Positions 1-11,420 of a stretch of 64,000 nucleotides of DNA are shown here, one piece after another. The stretch is from a virus. Its lineage: Duplodnaviria > Caudoviricetes. Where the stretch lies: positions 1-64,000 of IMG/VR virus record IMGVR_UViG_3300050343_000266, one strand, 5' to 3'. The notes under the pieces are model-generated. The model was not told where the DNA came from and searched no databases. It saw only the letters and a program-made list of their open reading frames with translations. Position numbers and translations under genes: made by a program. The stretch's first letter is position 1. Every line of letters begins with the position of its first letter.

Positions 1-1
1 G

Positions 2-345
2 AAGTATAAGAAACTAGACCGCCGTGGAATACTTAACAGTGAAATTAGTGCCCTTCACGCCGATATACAAGAACTTAGAATGGCAATTACCTCCGGAGAA
101 ATCAAAGGAGATAACGGTGCTGCCAGGTTGGCGGCCTTGGAAAAAGAGCTACGTTCTCATATTGAAGTCTCCGAACGAATCACTAAAAGTACTGATAAAC
201 GGGGGCTCATCTTGGCCGGAGCTGACAGGGTGATGCGTGAGATTACTGGCATCTTTCAAAGATGACCCACAGTTTGCTGAACCTATCGAAAATGCAATTA
301 ATGCTGTGTGGGCTAAGGTCTACAGCGAGGTGAGTAATGCATGAT
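2..345 (+). CDS. Hypothetical protein upstream of terL (possible terminase small subunit), 5'-truncated, with an apparent frameshift near 257
   Basis: Frame 2 is open from the window edge (KYKKLDRRGILNSEISALHADIQELRMAITSG...). It continues in another frame as DDPQFAEPIENAINAVWAKVYSEV. Position precedes terL. Confidence 0.45.
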
Positions 346-612
346 CTTTCACTACCAGAAATGCCTGGTAACATTCCAAACCTAAGCGTTGAGCAGTTAC
401 GACTACAAGGAACACTTGGATCACGACTACCATCTATGCCTGGTGTAAGTGTCGAAGCATACTTTATGGGTGATAGGCAGGAAGAGACTACAGCTCAAAT
501 GGCAGCTATGGGTCTTGCTTATGAGGAAGATAGACAGCGTGCAATTATTATGCGTGCAAAGATGCGTGCTGAAGAACGTAGAGCCCAAAGATACGCTGAA
601 GGGAGAGAATAA
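337..612 (+). CDS. Hypothetical protein
   Basis: 91-aa ORF packed between neighbours. Confidence 0.55.
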   Translation: MHDLSLPEMPGNIPNLSVEQLRLQGTLGSRLPSMPGVSVEAYFMGDRQEETTAQMAAMGLAYEEDRQRAIIMRAKMRAEERRAQRYAEGRE

Positions 613-638
613 AGTTAGACTGATAGAAAAGTATCAGT

Positions 639-2170
639 ATGGCAATTGCAAGTAGCTCATTAGCATTTAAACGCGCTGCTCTAATGACGGCTACGAAGGT
701 AACTACTAAGCCCCTACGAAGAAGTACTTAGAGCAAGAGATGACTTCAAAGATTTCTGTGTATTCATGGGAAAAGCTCCAGCAAATCACATGCTGGAATG
801 GCACACAGAATTATGTACTGGCGTAGATAGTGAATGCTTGATAGGAGTAGGTGGACCTAACACCTCAATCCTCGCTCCACGTGGATCAGCAAAAAGTACA
901 GTCCTAGGTTTGTTTGCTGCATGGATGATCGGTCGCCATACCGCAGCAAAGCAAATGTTGCGTATACTATATATTGCATACATGGTTGACATTAGCAGAG
1001 CTAAGTCTGCAACCATTAAAGGCATTCTTACTAGCAACAAGTACAGAGAAGTCTTCCCTATGGTGAGGCTCTCAAAGATAAAACGTTCTGACGAGTATTG
1101 GTCAATTGATTATGAATTTGCAGGTATTGATACAGCAGGTGAAGAAGCTTTCACAATTGCGTGTGGCGGTCTCAAAGGTGCAATCACCTCTAAACGATCA
1201 CAGTTGGTGCTTATTGATGACCCTATCAAATCCGCCGCATCGATCAACAACCCGGACATTCGCCGTGAGATGGAGCAGACGTGGTCTAACGTTATCGCAC
1301 CAACGATGTTCCAGGGAGCACGGGCTATCTGTTTGGGGACACGCTTCCACTTTGACGATGTTCACGCGAACCTCTTTACAGCCAAAAACAATTGGAAGCA
1401 GATTGTCCAGCAAGCTGTCATAACAGATAACGACGGTAAGCAACGATCGTACTGGCCAGAGTTCTGGTCTATGAAATACCTCAATCAACGCAAGTTGGAA
1501 GATCGTATTGCATTTGCATATCAGTATCTAAACACCGCTGTCAAAGTAATACAGACGTTGGTATATCACCAGAGTTAATTATCAGAGGCGAAGTGCCAGA
1601 AGACTATGACTGCTTAGGCGTAGGTATGGACCTTAGTGCAGGTTTACGAGAGAAGAATGACTGGACTGTATGACACTTAGGTGGCATCAAGGACGACAAG
1701 ATATACATGATTGATCATGCGTCGTCATCGAACACTAGGAAACATAGAAAAGATGGATCTCGTTGTGCGAGATGCTATGCTGACTGGAACATACTGCAAG
1801 AGAACGATGAAGGTCAGTTCTTCCCAACCATGTCTCCATGCATCATCTGGCCTGAGGCAGTTGCATACCAGAATAGTTTTGAAGGAGATTTCAAACGAGT
1901 GATGCTTGAGAATCGTGCTCTTATAACTTGTCTGTCTCACCAGTAAAAGGATTCAAAGGAGACAAGCTTGCTCGACTACGTGGTGTGCTTGGTTTATATG
2001 AGAACAAAAAAGTAATCTGGAACAAATGGAGGAAGTGGGACTTGCTTAGAAGAAGAGCTGCTTAACTTTGGCCAGACAGCACATGACGATAGTGTCGATG
2101 CAATGGTACTTACTATTGGTGGATTACTGAGGAGAGGAAACTACAGATGGAGTACAATAGTGACAGCTAA
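639..2170 (+). CDS. terL: Terminase large subunit, broken by several apparent indels
   Basis: Walker A-like APRGSAKST, Walker B LIDDP and coupling motif GTRFH. Nuclease-domain remnants follow in other frames (LGVGMDLSAG, EAVAYQ, HDDSVDA). ATG at 639; fragments 766-1578 and 1707-1946. Confidence 0.9.
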
Positions 2171-2306
2171 TGAATGCATCAAACTCTATAACTGGTGGCG
2201 ATGTCACATTTTGCCAATCGAGATGCAGACGGATTAAACCCACAATACGATCCAAATCGTTTCAGGGAATTATTCATCAAAAATTATTTTAGCTGAGGAC
2301 TGAATC

Positions 2307-3870
2307 ATGGCACGTAGAAATCAAGGTAAGGGAAACAAAGGTGGTGGAAACCGAGGCGGTGGAAACCGAGGTGGTGGAAACAAAGGGTGGTGGAAACAAA
2401 GGCGGTGGAAAATAGAGGTGGTGGAAACCGGGGTGGTGGAGGCGGTAGAAAGTCCAGCTCGCTGCATCAAGTCCTGCAGCACAGAGTGGAAGAAGGCGGT
2501 GGCGGTAGAAATCAGCCTGCATCCAAGTCCTTCACCACAGCCAGCTCAAGCTAATAAAGCGCAAAGTCAGCTTAGAACTAAAGTCCAAGGACTCCGCGCT
2601 AAAGCCAGGGAAGCTACTAAATCTGGTAACGATACTCGTGCAAGCCAAATTCGTGCAAAGATTGGCAATAAGAGAATTAAAAATACACGTAATAAACTTG
2701 CTACAGCTGAAGCTGCGGGCAATACAAAGCGTGCTGGCAATATCAGTAATCGTCTAGAGAATTTAAAAACAAAGAGAAACGACAGACGTCAAAAATCTTT
2801 TAACTCACAGCAGAATGTCAACAGTGCGGCAGATTTTGATTTCTCAAAACATTCTTCCAAGAAAGTCGGCGTAAGAGAGCTGGCACATCTCAGACGTAAT
2901 GAAGGTTTTTCTAGAGAGGATGTTGCTTCCGCCGCCAACAATAGTGGATTAAAAATTGGTAGACGCGCTCAGAATCGTCTTAACAAGTGGGCTTCCGCTA
3001 AAGATAAAGCTAATGGAACACCTGCACCTGAAACTAGTCAAACAATTATAAATGAAGAGCAGCCAATCGTTGCACCACCCTTTACACAACCAACTCAAAC
3101 GATCTCACCATCTCCCTCACCTTCTCCCTCACCTTCTCCCTCACCTTCTCCTTCTCCTAATCCGACAACAGTTACACCAAATCCAACAATTACTCCTAAC
3201 CCCACACCTTCTCCTTACACAGGCCCTAACCCGACCATCGTCACTCCTCAACCTACCGTTCAACCTACTCAGCCAAATCCTTATATAACTGATATTGATG
3301 ATAGCTTCAATGATTTTGATGATAGCTTCAACAATAACAACGATCAGAAAACTGACTATGAACAAACACAGGAAAATATAAATTACAATGATCTCCAAGA
3401 CTTTAATGTCAGTGGAGACGGTAACTATATCAATGCTCCCCTAGATGCTTCTAATCGTATCTACGGCGGCGATGTGCGAACCTTTAATTATCAAAGCAAT
3501 GGCTATGGTGGCACAGGTAGAGGGGTAGATAGTCCTGCATCTGCTGCAACAATGGCCGGTTTCTATGCACCTAGTGATAGCCATGGTGCTAACGCTGGTC
3601 GTCTTGATCGACGTATAACTCAAGGAAACGATTACGCAAAAGACAATATGAATACAAATCATATTGCTCAAGGTGCAATGATGATGGCAAGGAATAACAG
3701 AAGCATTGATCCAGGCGTCATGGATCAGCGAGTTCAAGCACGAGGTGCTGCTAAGTAAAGCTCAGGCTTACATGATGGGTAACTCTATTTATGGAGATCT
3801 TGCGGGCTTTAATCCTCAGTGGACTCAGCCTCAATCACCTAAACCAGCTAAGATGCCTAATTTTGGTTAG
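2307..3870 (+). CDS. Low-complexity protein: Gly/Arg-rich N-terminus, (SP)n and PT-rich tract; possible internal virion protein; indels likely
   Basis: ORF 2307-3758 starts MARRNQGKGNKGGGNRGGG and contains SPSPSPSPSP. Reading appears to continue in another frame to about 3870. Confidence 0.6.
3103..3158 (+). repeat. Tandem TCACCTTCTCCC-type repeat encoding (Ser-Pro)n
   Basis: Direct reading of the sequence. Confidence 0.85.
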
Positions 3871-3919
3871 TACATTAAATAAGAATTACTCGATAGACTA
3901 ATAGTAAAGAGAAAGTAGC

Positions 3920-6203
3920 ATGAATCAATCAGGAGATAACGGGTTCAATCAAATCCTCACTGCTGCTAAGGAGCGGCGTGGGGACTTGTCCGTTGACACA
4001 ATGATTGTTAGTTCTCATCTTTCGCAGATGAGGATGTTCATGCTGCGCCGTGGCATTGAATTTTATGCAGAACAAGATAGCTACGGCTATCGAAAAGAGT
4101 TTCTTGCAAAAGTCTGCGAGCAGAATATGCTCGACATGAAACTAGATAGTATTGTTGATTATTTCTTATGTGATGGACAAGGCTTATTTTACTTCCGTCC
4201 ATCTGGTGATGATTATCAACTTCTTTACTTTCCAAAAGAAAACTATAGAGCCTACAGAGATCAGGAAGGTAATTTAAGTAGTGTCATATTACGCTATACC
4301 TTTAACGTACAAGAAAACAAAGGCTTTGATAACTATCCCACTAACACTCAACGTGGCGGAAAGAAAAAATATATCAAACTTCAAGTTTATAAAGATCGAA
4401 TCGAGCAAACGATCTCTGATGAAAAAATTGAATTTGAAAATTCATTAGGGGGACCACAAGTTTCATTGCCAGGTCAGGTTGAAACACTCACGAATAGTCT
4501 TGGTTTTATCCCAGCAGTAGAAATCTATAACTATATGGACTGTACCGGCGAGGCTGCTGGTAATGGTGAGTTTGAATGGCTGTCTAACCAAATCATGTAT
4601 CACAATGAATTGGTTCAGAACGTTCGTAAGAACTTGAAGTTCTTCGGCAATCCTACGTTAATTTCTAGTCGTCCTAAGCAGGATATTATTGAGAGTGGTG
4701 ATGAAAATACTTTCCGTCCAACAATAAGTTCTCAAGCTGGCTTCAGTGCTATTGGACGTTCTAGTACACGTGTAAGTGAACCGTTTGGCGGTGCTTCCAT
4801 GCTAGACGGACAGATCAGAGTCCCGAGAGTTATTGCAAACCTTGAACCAACAGATCGTATTAGCTATCTAACGCCTGACAGCGTTAGTGGTGATCAAAAC
4901 ATGTATGTCAAGCAATACCGTCAAGAGATTCGTTTAGCACTTGGTGGTGTCGATGATCTTGACTTCCAAGCTGCTGGCACTGCATATGAAATCAAGACTC
5001 TGTATGGACGTGTTGCCGCGACAGCTGAAAAGAAAGCACGTGCCATGTTTACGTATGGTCTATGTCGCTTATTTGCATTAATGATCTCTCATGAAGAAAC
5101 GTATGTTTAATGAGAGTTTTAGCGTAGCAATTGGATTGGAGAAGCCTGTAATTCCACTCATAGAAGATTATCCAAATCCAGAGGAATATCAAAAGCAGAA
5201 TGAAAAATACAGGAAGAACTTTGCTAAGTATGAACGCTTAAAGAATGAAGCACTGAACGCTATACTTGAGGGAGGCGAAATGCCCCCTGGTGTAACTGGA
5301 CTTATTCCAGATGGAAGCACACAAGTTGACTGGCGTTGGATGGGTGAAGTTTTTGAAGATAGCTCTGATGAGATCCTCCAAAACTCCATCGTTGTCCGAA
5401 ACCTGCAAGAAGCAGGCGTTGGATCAATTGAAGCACTGAAGTACCTCTTCCCAAGTAAAACTGACGAAGAACGTTCAGCAATGCTAAGTGGATTTCCATT
5501 CAGAGTTGTCCAACAAACACAACAAAGTATTTCTCAATTCATTGGATTACTCGGCAACCTATATCAGTTGCCACATCCACAAACACCGGATAAGCCTTTG
5601 GCATCCGACCCGAACCTAGATATCACTGGGTTCTTATACAGATCACTAGATTATTTACGTAAGGAGTTAAGTTACAGTGGAAAGTACAAACCAAGTAGCA
5701 ACGACACAGGCATCAGTAAGCTCTCCGATGCAGACATCCGCCGCGCCGGTCTCGGCAGGACAGTACGCGACGAGCGCACCCCAGACATTCCAGGGCTCAC
5801 CGATGGGCCAGGCACCTCAGGCTCCGGTCTACCAGGCGCAGGCCCCGGTAGCGCAGGCTTCGGCACCAGCGCAGGCCAGCAATCCGTGGCAGGAGGCGTT
5901 CCAGGCTCTGAGCGCAAGTTTGAATACAAGCAGCCCCTCCCAGGCCCAGGTTCCATCCTCGGCGTATCAGACGCCAACACCTCAGGCACTTATCCAGGCT
6001 CCGCTGGCTTCGGTTCCCCAAACCCAGCAGCAAGCCCAGTATTCGGATCACCGGACTTACAGTCCCCAAGCTTCAACCCAGGCTTATCAGCAGCAGGCTT
6101 ACCAGCAGCAGCTGGCAGCTCAGGAGGCGTACCAGGCGCAGCAAATGCAGGCTCCGCAGGTAAACGACGGGTACCTAAGTCAAATCAGCGACGAAAGTCT
6201 TGA
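3920..6203 (+). CDS. Portal protein, one apparent frameshift near 5100
   Basis: Large ORF pair (3920-5110 and 5091-6203) downstream of terL and upstream of scaffold and capsid genes. Portal-like segments NSLGFIPAVEI, GNPTLIS and AYEIKTLYGRVAATAEKK. The frames join as SHEE-(R)MFNESF. Confidence 0.75.
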
Positions 6204-6699
6204 AGTCCTTGAGCACTTTGGTGCTGAAGCCCCTTCCCTTCTGAACACCTATGCCTGTGCCGTTGAGGATGCCCTCATCGAGCAAGTGCAGCGTGGTCAG
6301 TCCAGTCCCTCATGCTTGAGGCAGCTGGTGAAGAGCGTGCAGCCATGAACCTCATGCTCACCGACCCAGACGTTCTTGCTGATTACGTCAACGATTTCTA
6401 CGGCCCTGAAGGTCCATATCCAACTGAGACTCCTCAAGAGGCATATGACCGTGAGCAGTACGAAGCTTACGAACAGTTCGAAGCTGAAATCGAAGCACAA
6501 GAAATGGGTCAAGTCCCCCCTTCCTTCCAGCGTCCACAAATGGACATGCCAGTTCCCGGTCGCCAGCAGAACCCTGCTAATGACTTCTGGGGTGGCTTTA
6601 GCCGAGATGATGGATCAGAACCCTGAGAACGCATGGCAGTACCTTTCCCAGGCACAGCCCGGCATGCTCTCTACCAAGATGCTTGTTCAGGACACCTGA
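5677..6699 (+). CDS. Putative capsid scaffolding protein (Gln/Ala/Pro-rich, acidic), apparent frameshifts near 6300 and 6605
   Basis: GTG at 5677 preceded by AAGGAG. Fragments 5677-6348, 6312-6626 and the end of 6376-6699 read as one protein. Position follows the portal. Confidence 0.6.
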
Positions 6700-6764
6700 T
6701 AAGTAACAGTAAGGGGGTACTTAGATGTATCCCCTACAATATAAGTATTAGTTAGTAATTGAAA

Positions 6765-7256
6765 ATGCAAAGAATTTCCCCTTTTACTATTGCAGAAGAA
6801 ATGCTGCAAAATGCATCAGCCCAGCGTGGTCAAGGTGGAATGACACGTACGTCAGCTCCACTAGGCCCACAAGCAATGGCTGCTCCTAGTCCGTACACTG
6901 ATGTACGTGCTGCTGATGATGCTCAGGCTTATAACAACAATCGAATGATGGAGCAAAACATCAATCAAAATACTTTTACTGCCATGCAGCAGCAGGTGTT
7001 AATGCTAAGCGTGGTGTTCAAAAGATGCAACTTGCTTGCAGTAGACAACCAAGATATATAAAGCCAATTCACTACTTACACAGCGCACAGGTGAAGTCCT
7101 AAGCATGATGAATTCCCCAGCTACGTTGGCAATGGGTAATATGTCGCCACCACAAATGGCAGCATTCCGAGCTGACATTGCAACTGGCAAAGCAATGGCA
7201 ATGGGAGTTAATCCAGATTTAGTTATGAATCAAGTTAACGAACAACGTTACGGTTA
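6765..7256 (+). CDS. Hypothetical protein, apparent frameshift near 7000
   Basis: MQRISPFTIAEEML... continues in another frame to ...QVNEQRYG*. Confidence 0.5.
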
Positions 7257-7294
7257 ATTTATTAGAATAAAGAGAGTTGTTGTAGATAGTTATT

Positions 7295-7586
7295 GTGCGT
7301 TTAGCAGGACAAGAAACACAACACGATCCTGAGGTATTCCAAACTATTTGGAAACACCTTAAAAGTGATGGCGTGCCAGATCAAGCTGCCAACCAGATGA
7401 CAGCTGAGATGCTTACTCATGGTGAAGACTTTGAAAGCAGCGTAGAGAAATATCAGCAATACGAAGATAATTATCGTTCTAAAGGATTTAACGAACATGC
7501 TGCACAAGCAATGGCAGTCGAAGCATTAGAAGGAAGAGGAAGAAGCACCAAAGGAAAGTATTAGATTTGCTCGCACACATGCTTGA
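7295..7586 (+). CDS. Hypothetical protein with an internal AAnQMtaEmL/AAQAMAVEAL repeat
   Basis: ORF 7295-7564 with a probable indel near its end. Confidence 0.5.
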
Positions 7587-7634
7587 CTAAATATAGAATA
7601 AGGGCTAGATTTAATATATAGACAAGAGAACAAT

Positions 7635-8573
7635 ATGTCAGCAAAAATTTCAGGCGATTCCGTACGTTCCTATCTACGAGACATTGGGCGCATCCCACTT
7701 CTAGAACATGACGAAGAAATCATACTTGGTCGTCAAGTTCAACGAATGATGGAAATCAAAGCATGCGAAGATCTACTAAATAAGCCAAGTCAAGAGGACC
7801 TAGCTGTATCACTTGGAATCACAACAAAAGAACTAAAACGTGATATGCGTGATGGCAAAAAAGCCAAAGACAAAATGGTTACAGCAAACTTACGATTAGT
7901 TGTATCAGTAGCCAAGAAATATACAAAACGGAATATGGAATTGCTTGATATTATTCAAGAAGGAACAATTGGATTAGTGAGAGGTGTTGAAAAGTTTGAC
8001 CCTGGTCGTGGTTATAAGTTCAGTACTTATGCATATTGGTGGATCAGACAAGGCATTACGAGGGCGATTGCAGAAAAATCACGTGCAATACGCTTGCCGA
8101 TCCACGTCACTGAGAATCTCAACAAGCTTAAGAAAGCCCAGCGTGAATTAAGTCAGCTTAATGGGGAACTACCTAATGTCTTTCAGTTAGCTGAGCACTT
8201 AGAACTTACAGTTGAAGAGATCAAAGACTTGATGTGTAAGGCTAGACAACCTACTTCGCTCGAAATCAAGATTGGTGAAAATCGAGATACCGCATTGATT
8301 GATCTACTGGAAGACGAAAGTCAACTGCCTGACATGTTAATTGAACGTCAGTTCATTAAAGAAGATATTAGAGATTTAATTACAGAGCTGCCTGAGATGC
8401 AAGCTGCTGTAATCTCTATGCGCTATGGCATAGGTGAAGATATCTTGGAACCAATGTCTATGACAGCTATTGGTCAAGTTTTAAATATGAGCCGTGATCG
8501 CGTGCGGACTCTTGAGCAAAAAGCAGTAAGAGGACTCAGAGAACATAACCAGCAAATTAGTAATTATCTCTAA
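7635..8573 (+). CDS. RNA polymerase sigma-70 factor, cyanobacterial RpoD/group 2-like
   Basis: Region 1.2 DSVRSYLRDIGRIPLL; region 2 ANLRLVVSVAKKY and KFDPGRGYKFSTYAYWWIRQGITRAIA; region 4 MSRDRVRTLE. Confidence 0.95.
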   Translation: MSAKISGDSVRSYLRDIGRIPLLEHDEEIILGRQVQRMMEIKACEDLLNKPSQEDLAVSLGITTKELKRDMRDGKKAKDKMVTANLRLVVSVAKKYTKRNMELLDIIQEGTIGLVRGVEKFDPGRGYKFSTYAYWWIRQGITRAIAEKSRAIRLPIHVTENLNKLKKAQRELSQLNGELPNVFQLAEHLELTVEEIKDLMCKARQPTSLEIKIGENRDTALIDLLEDESQLPDMLIERQFIKEDIRDLITELPEMQAAVISMRYGIGEDILEPMSMTAIGQVLNMSRDRVRTLEQKAVRGLREHNQQISNYL

Positions 8574-8606
8574 TTACAATAAGAGTAGGTACCAAGACCA
8601 CATGCG

Positions 8607-9290
8607 ATGAATGTCACACAACAGGTTATAAATATTGAGCAAAGCTACGGTGGGGCTCCTAAAGCAAATCCCGAGTATTATTCAACAAACAAAACACTGG
8701 ATTATGCGAAAGGATCTAATAGCTTATTAAATGCTCGATCTGAAATCATAACTTCTGTACCTACAACCTTTGCCTACAAAGACTCGGTTGGTTTGTTTGG
8801 TGCAGAGAATGTTTTTATCAAAGTTGATTTAGATATACAGAGTGGAAAAGGATTTTACCAAAACGTCCCATCTCTTCTTGACAACGGATATTACAGTATA
8901 TATGTCAATACCACCGATCCTGATATTGATTTTTACTTTGACCCAGCAGAGATGGATTTCGCTCGTGAGTTCTTTCCTGAAAATAGTTTTGAACCTTCGA
9001 CATTAAATGATAACCTTGATAACATCAGACATCCGGTAGTAAGTGTATCTATAAATAATTTAAAGACTGGCAACAAATTTGTTGATGCTTGGTTTGATGT
9101 ACGTTTGTACACTAAAGATCGTATCGAGCATCCATACGACACCTTATATATTGATCCAAAAAGCTATTTTTATATTGGTTTTCATGCAAGAAACACAAGA
9201 CGACTGCCATACAACGTGAGTATGACAGTCGGTGATTCTTATATTGCAGAACAAGATTTAACTAGTGAGCAGAGACGCTACCTAGTTTAG
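8607..9290 (+). CDS. Hypothetical protein
   Basis: 227-aa ORF. Confidence 0.65.
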   Translation: MNVTQQVINIEQSYGGAPKANPEYYSTNKTLDYAKGSNSLLNARSEIITSVPTTFAYKDSVGLFGAENVFIKVDLDIQSGKGFYQNVPSLLDNGYYSIYVNTTDPDIDFYFDPAEMDFAREFFPENSFEPSTLNDNLDNIRHPVVSVSINNLKTGNKFVDAWFDVRLYTKDRIEHPYDTLYIDPKSYFYIGFHARNTRRLPYNVSMTVGDSYIAEQDLTSEQRRYLV

Positions 9291-9745
9291 CTTTCCTCTT
9301 CGTCTTCTTTCTCAACAACCTCAGGTTCGGGCTCAGGCTCAGGAGCAGGTGGAGTAGGCAAAGGATTAATAGAGCGTTTCAGTACACTACCTCCAGAGAT
9401 TTTAGAGAACTGATACTCAACTAAAAGGTCGTTACTGCCTTCACCAAAGACAGCTACACGATCAATAGCTCCTTTGCTGTTCTGTGGGAAGGAGAAATTA
9501 CCATAGCCATCATGGCGAATTTCCATCGTCACTGGACCAATGTAAGGAACAACCAATCGTACAGATTCGCCGTTATCCAAAACTACATTGAAGATTGCTG
9601 CTTCGATATATTGAATTGATCCTTTTTTATTCCACCAACGTGGAAAGCGATGCACCGATCCACGATTAGGCAGAACCAGCTGCATCTCTGTACCAGTGTG
9701 ATTGACAACGTCAGTGCCACCCTTGTAAACAAGTTTATCGGCCAT
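9287..9745 (-). CDS. Hypothetical protein with an acidic PE-rich tail
   Basis: 152-aa ORF. Confidence 0.65.
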   Translation of the reverse strand: MADKLVYKGGTDVVNHTGTEMQLVLPNRGSVHRFPRWWNKKGSIQYIEAAIFNVVLDNGESVRLVVPYIGPVTMEIRHDGYGNFSFPQNSKGAIDRVAVFGEGSNDLLVEYQFSKISGGSVLKRSINPLPTPPAPEPEPEPEVVEKEDEEES

Positions 9746-9754
9746 TAGTTTTAC

Positions 9755-10141
9755 TTAAATACCTTCTTCTATTTTAGTCATCTTTTCATCAGCACGTTTT
9801 GACCATTGAAGATTATCTGCACGACAATCTTTTTTGTTGCTATTGATATGTTTAACAACGCTACATCCTTTAAGTCGCCCATATGGAGTTGGTGGCAATC
9901 CAAGAAAAGCAAATGCAACAAGTGTATGCACAGGAATAGTTATTAACTTACGGCGTCCAATACGTTGAGTTAAGTTTACAACTGGGTAACCGCCCTTGCT
10001 TATTTTCTGCTTAAGGATTCTTTCGATCCTCCCCTTTGTACTTTTAATGAGACCTTTTTGGTTTACATAGTATTCAATGCAGCACTCAAAACCCGGCAAT
10101 GTATGCACTGGGATCCACTCATTATTATCTATAAAGTCCAT
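9755..10141 (-). CDS. NUMOD4/HNH homing-endonuclease-like protein
   Basis: EWIPV..LPGF...YYVNQKGLIKS, GYPVVNL, VHTLVAFAFLG and KHINSNKKDCRADNLQW. Confidence 0.8.
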   Translation of the reverse strand: MDFIDNNEWIPVHTLPGFECCIEYYVNQKGLIKSTKGRIERILKQKISKGGYPVVNLTQRIGRRKLITIPVHTLVAFAFLGLPPTPYGRLKGCSVVKHINSNKKDCRADNLQWSKRADEKMTKIEEGI

Positions 10142-10255
10142 ATAACCAAGTATTCTGGGGTATCTAAATAATATTATAGCGGTAACTATTAACATCAGTA
10201 TATGTGACTAGTCGAAGTCACTTATAAACCTTTTAGCTTACGGAGTTAGAAATCC

Positions 10256-11404
10256 ATGTGGATTGATAATGACTTTCCTAAGCTCCTTGGTGCAGAGCTT
10301 TACCGCCCTCACCCTGCCTACATCATTGAGATGGCAGTTGAGCCGGTAGTTGTCCACGATTTCTCAAAGCAGCCTGGTCAGACCGTGCAGCTTGATCGTT
10401 ATCGTTTCTGGGGCAAGCCTGGCACTAAGGAGTCCCGTGAGCGGACCGCCGATCAAACCCTCGGCACCGCTTCAGCTCGCAACATCGTCAAGGACAAGGT
10501 CCTTGTGACTCTGCGTGAGTACACCGGCCCCGCCGATACCCGCGACACAGCACAGCCTTCCACCTTCAAAGTTGCTCGCGAAACCCTGATCACCGCTCAG
10601 CGTTTGCTGCTTGATACTGGCAACCTGAATGTGTTCCACCAGTCGATCGGTAGCTTGACGCTGCTTGACGACTATCGCCGTTGGCGCGATCGCGTCTTTG
10701 CTAACGAACTGCTGAAAGCAGAAGCAAACGGCAAAGCTGATAAAGAGCAAGGCGGTTACTACCTTCCTGGTGACAAAGTCAAAGGCGCAACTGGCGGCAC
10801 CTTGGGTGTTACCTATGCGACTGGCGAGTCTGCCAAGTTCGATGTAACTACTGACCTTCTCGAAGTTGTTAAGGACATGCGTAAGCGCAACGTCCCAACT
10901 TTCGCTGATGGTTACTACCGCTGCATCGTGGATCCAACTGCAATGATGCACTTGCGTCAGAACAGCGACTTCCGCGAAATCGCACGTTATCCAGGCACTG
11001 GCATGGTCAACCCCATGTCACCCAACCAGGCACCCAACGCAAACTTCTACCAAGGAATGGGTCCTGCTTACGGCCAAGCTGGCTTTGTTGCTGGTCAACC
11101 CGTAATGCCTACTGGCTTCCTCTTTGAGGGTGTCCGTTGGTTCGAGTCCACCAACCTGCCCGAGACCTCTTACAACCTTGTTGTAACCGACGCTGCTGCT
11201 GGCGCTGCTGATTACACAGCTTCCCAGTTGATCTTCTTCGGTCCTCAAGCTGTGGGCGTGGGTATTGGTGGTAACAATGCGCAGATTCTGTTGAACAACA
11301 ACGACGACTTCAGTCGTTTCATCATCATGATCTGGAGCTTGTTCGCCGGTTTTGAAGTACTTAATAAGGACTTCATCACGGTTGGTTACTCTTTCGTATA
11401 TTGA
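10256..11404 (+). CDS. Major capsid protein (N4-gp56-like, HK97 fold)
   Basis: 382 aa with highly biased codon usage; motifs PGQTVQLDRY, YYRCIVDP and GFLFEGVRWFESTN; followed by a small gene and a terminator. Confidence 0.85.
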   Translation: MWIDNDFPKLLGAELYRPHPAYIIEMAVEPVVVHDFSKQPGQTVQLDRYRFWGKPGTKESRERTADQTLGTASARNIVKDKVLVTLREYTGPADTRDTAQPSTFKVARETLITAQRLLLDTGNLNVFHQSIGSLTLLDDYRRWRDRVFANELLKAEANGKADKEQGGYYLPGDKVKGATGGTLGVTYATGESAKFDVTTDLLEVVKDMRKRNVPTFADGYYRCIVDPTAMMHLRQNSDFREIARYPGTGMVNPMSPNQAPNANFYQGMGPAYGQAGFVAGQPVMPTGFLFEGVRWFESTNLPETSYNLVVTDAAAGAADYTASQLIFFGPQAVGVGIGGNNAQILLNNNDDFSRFIIMIWSLFAGFEVLNKDFITVGYSFVY

Positions 11405-11420
11405 TAGGAGCTAACTAACT

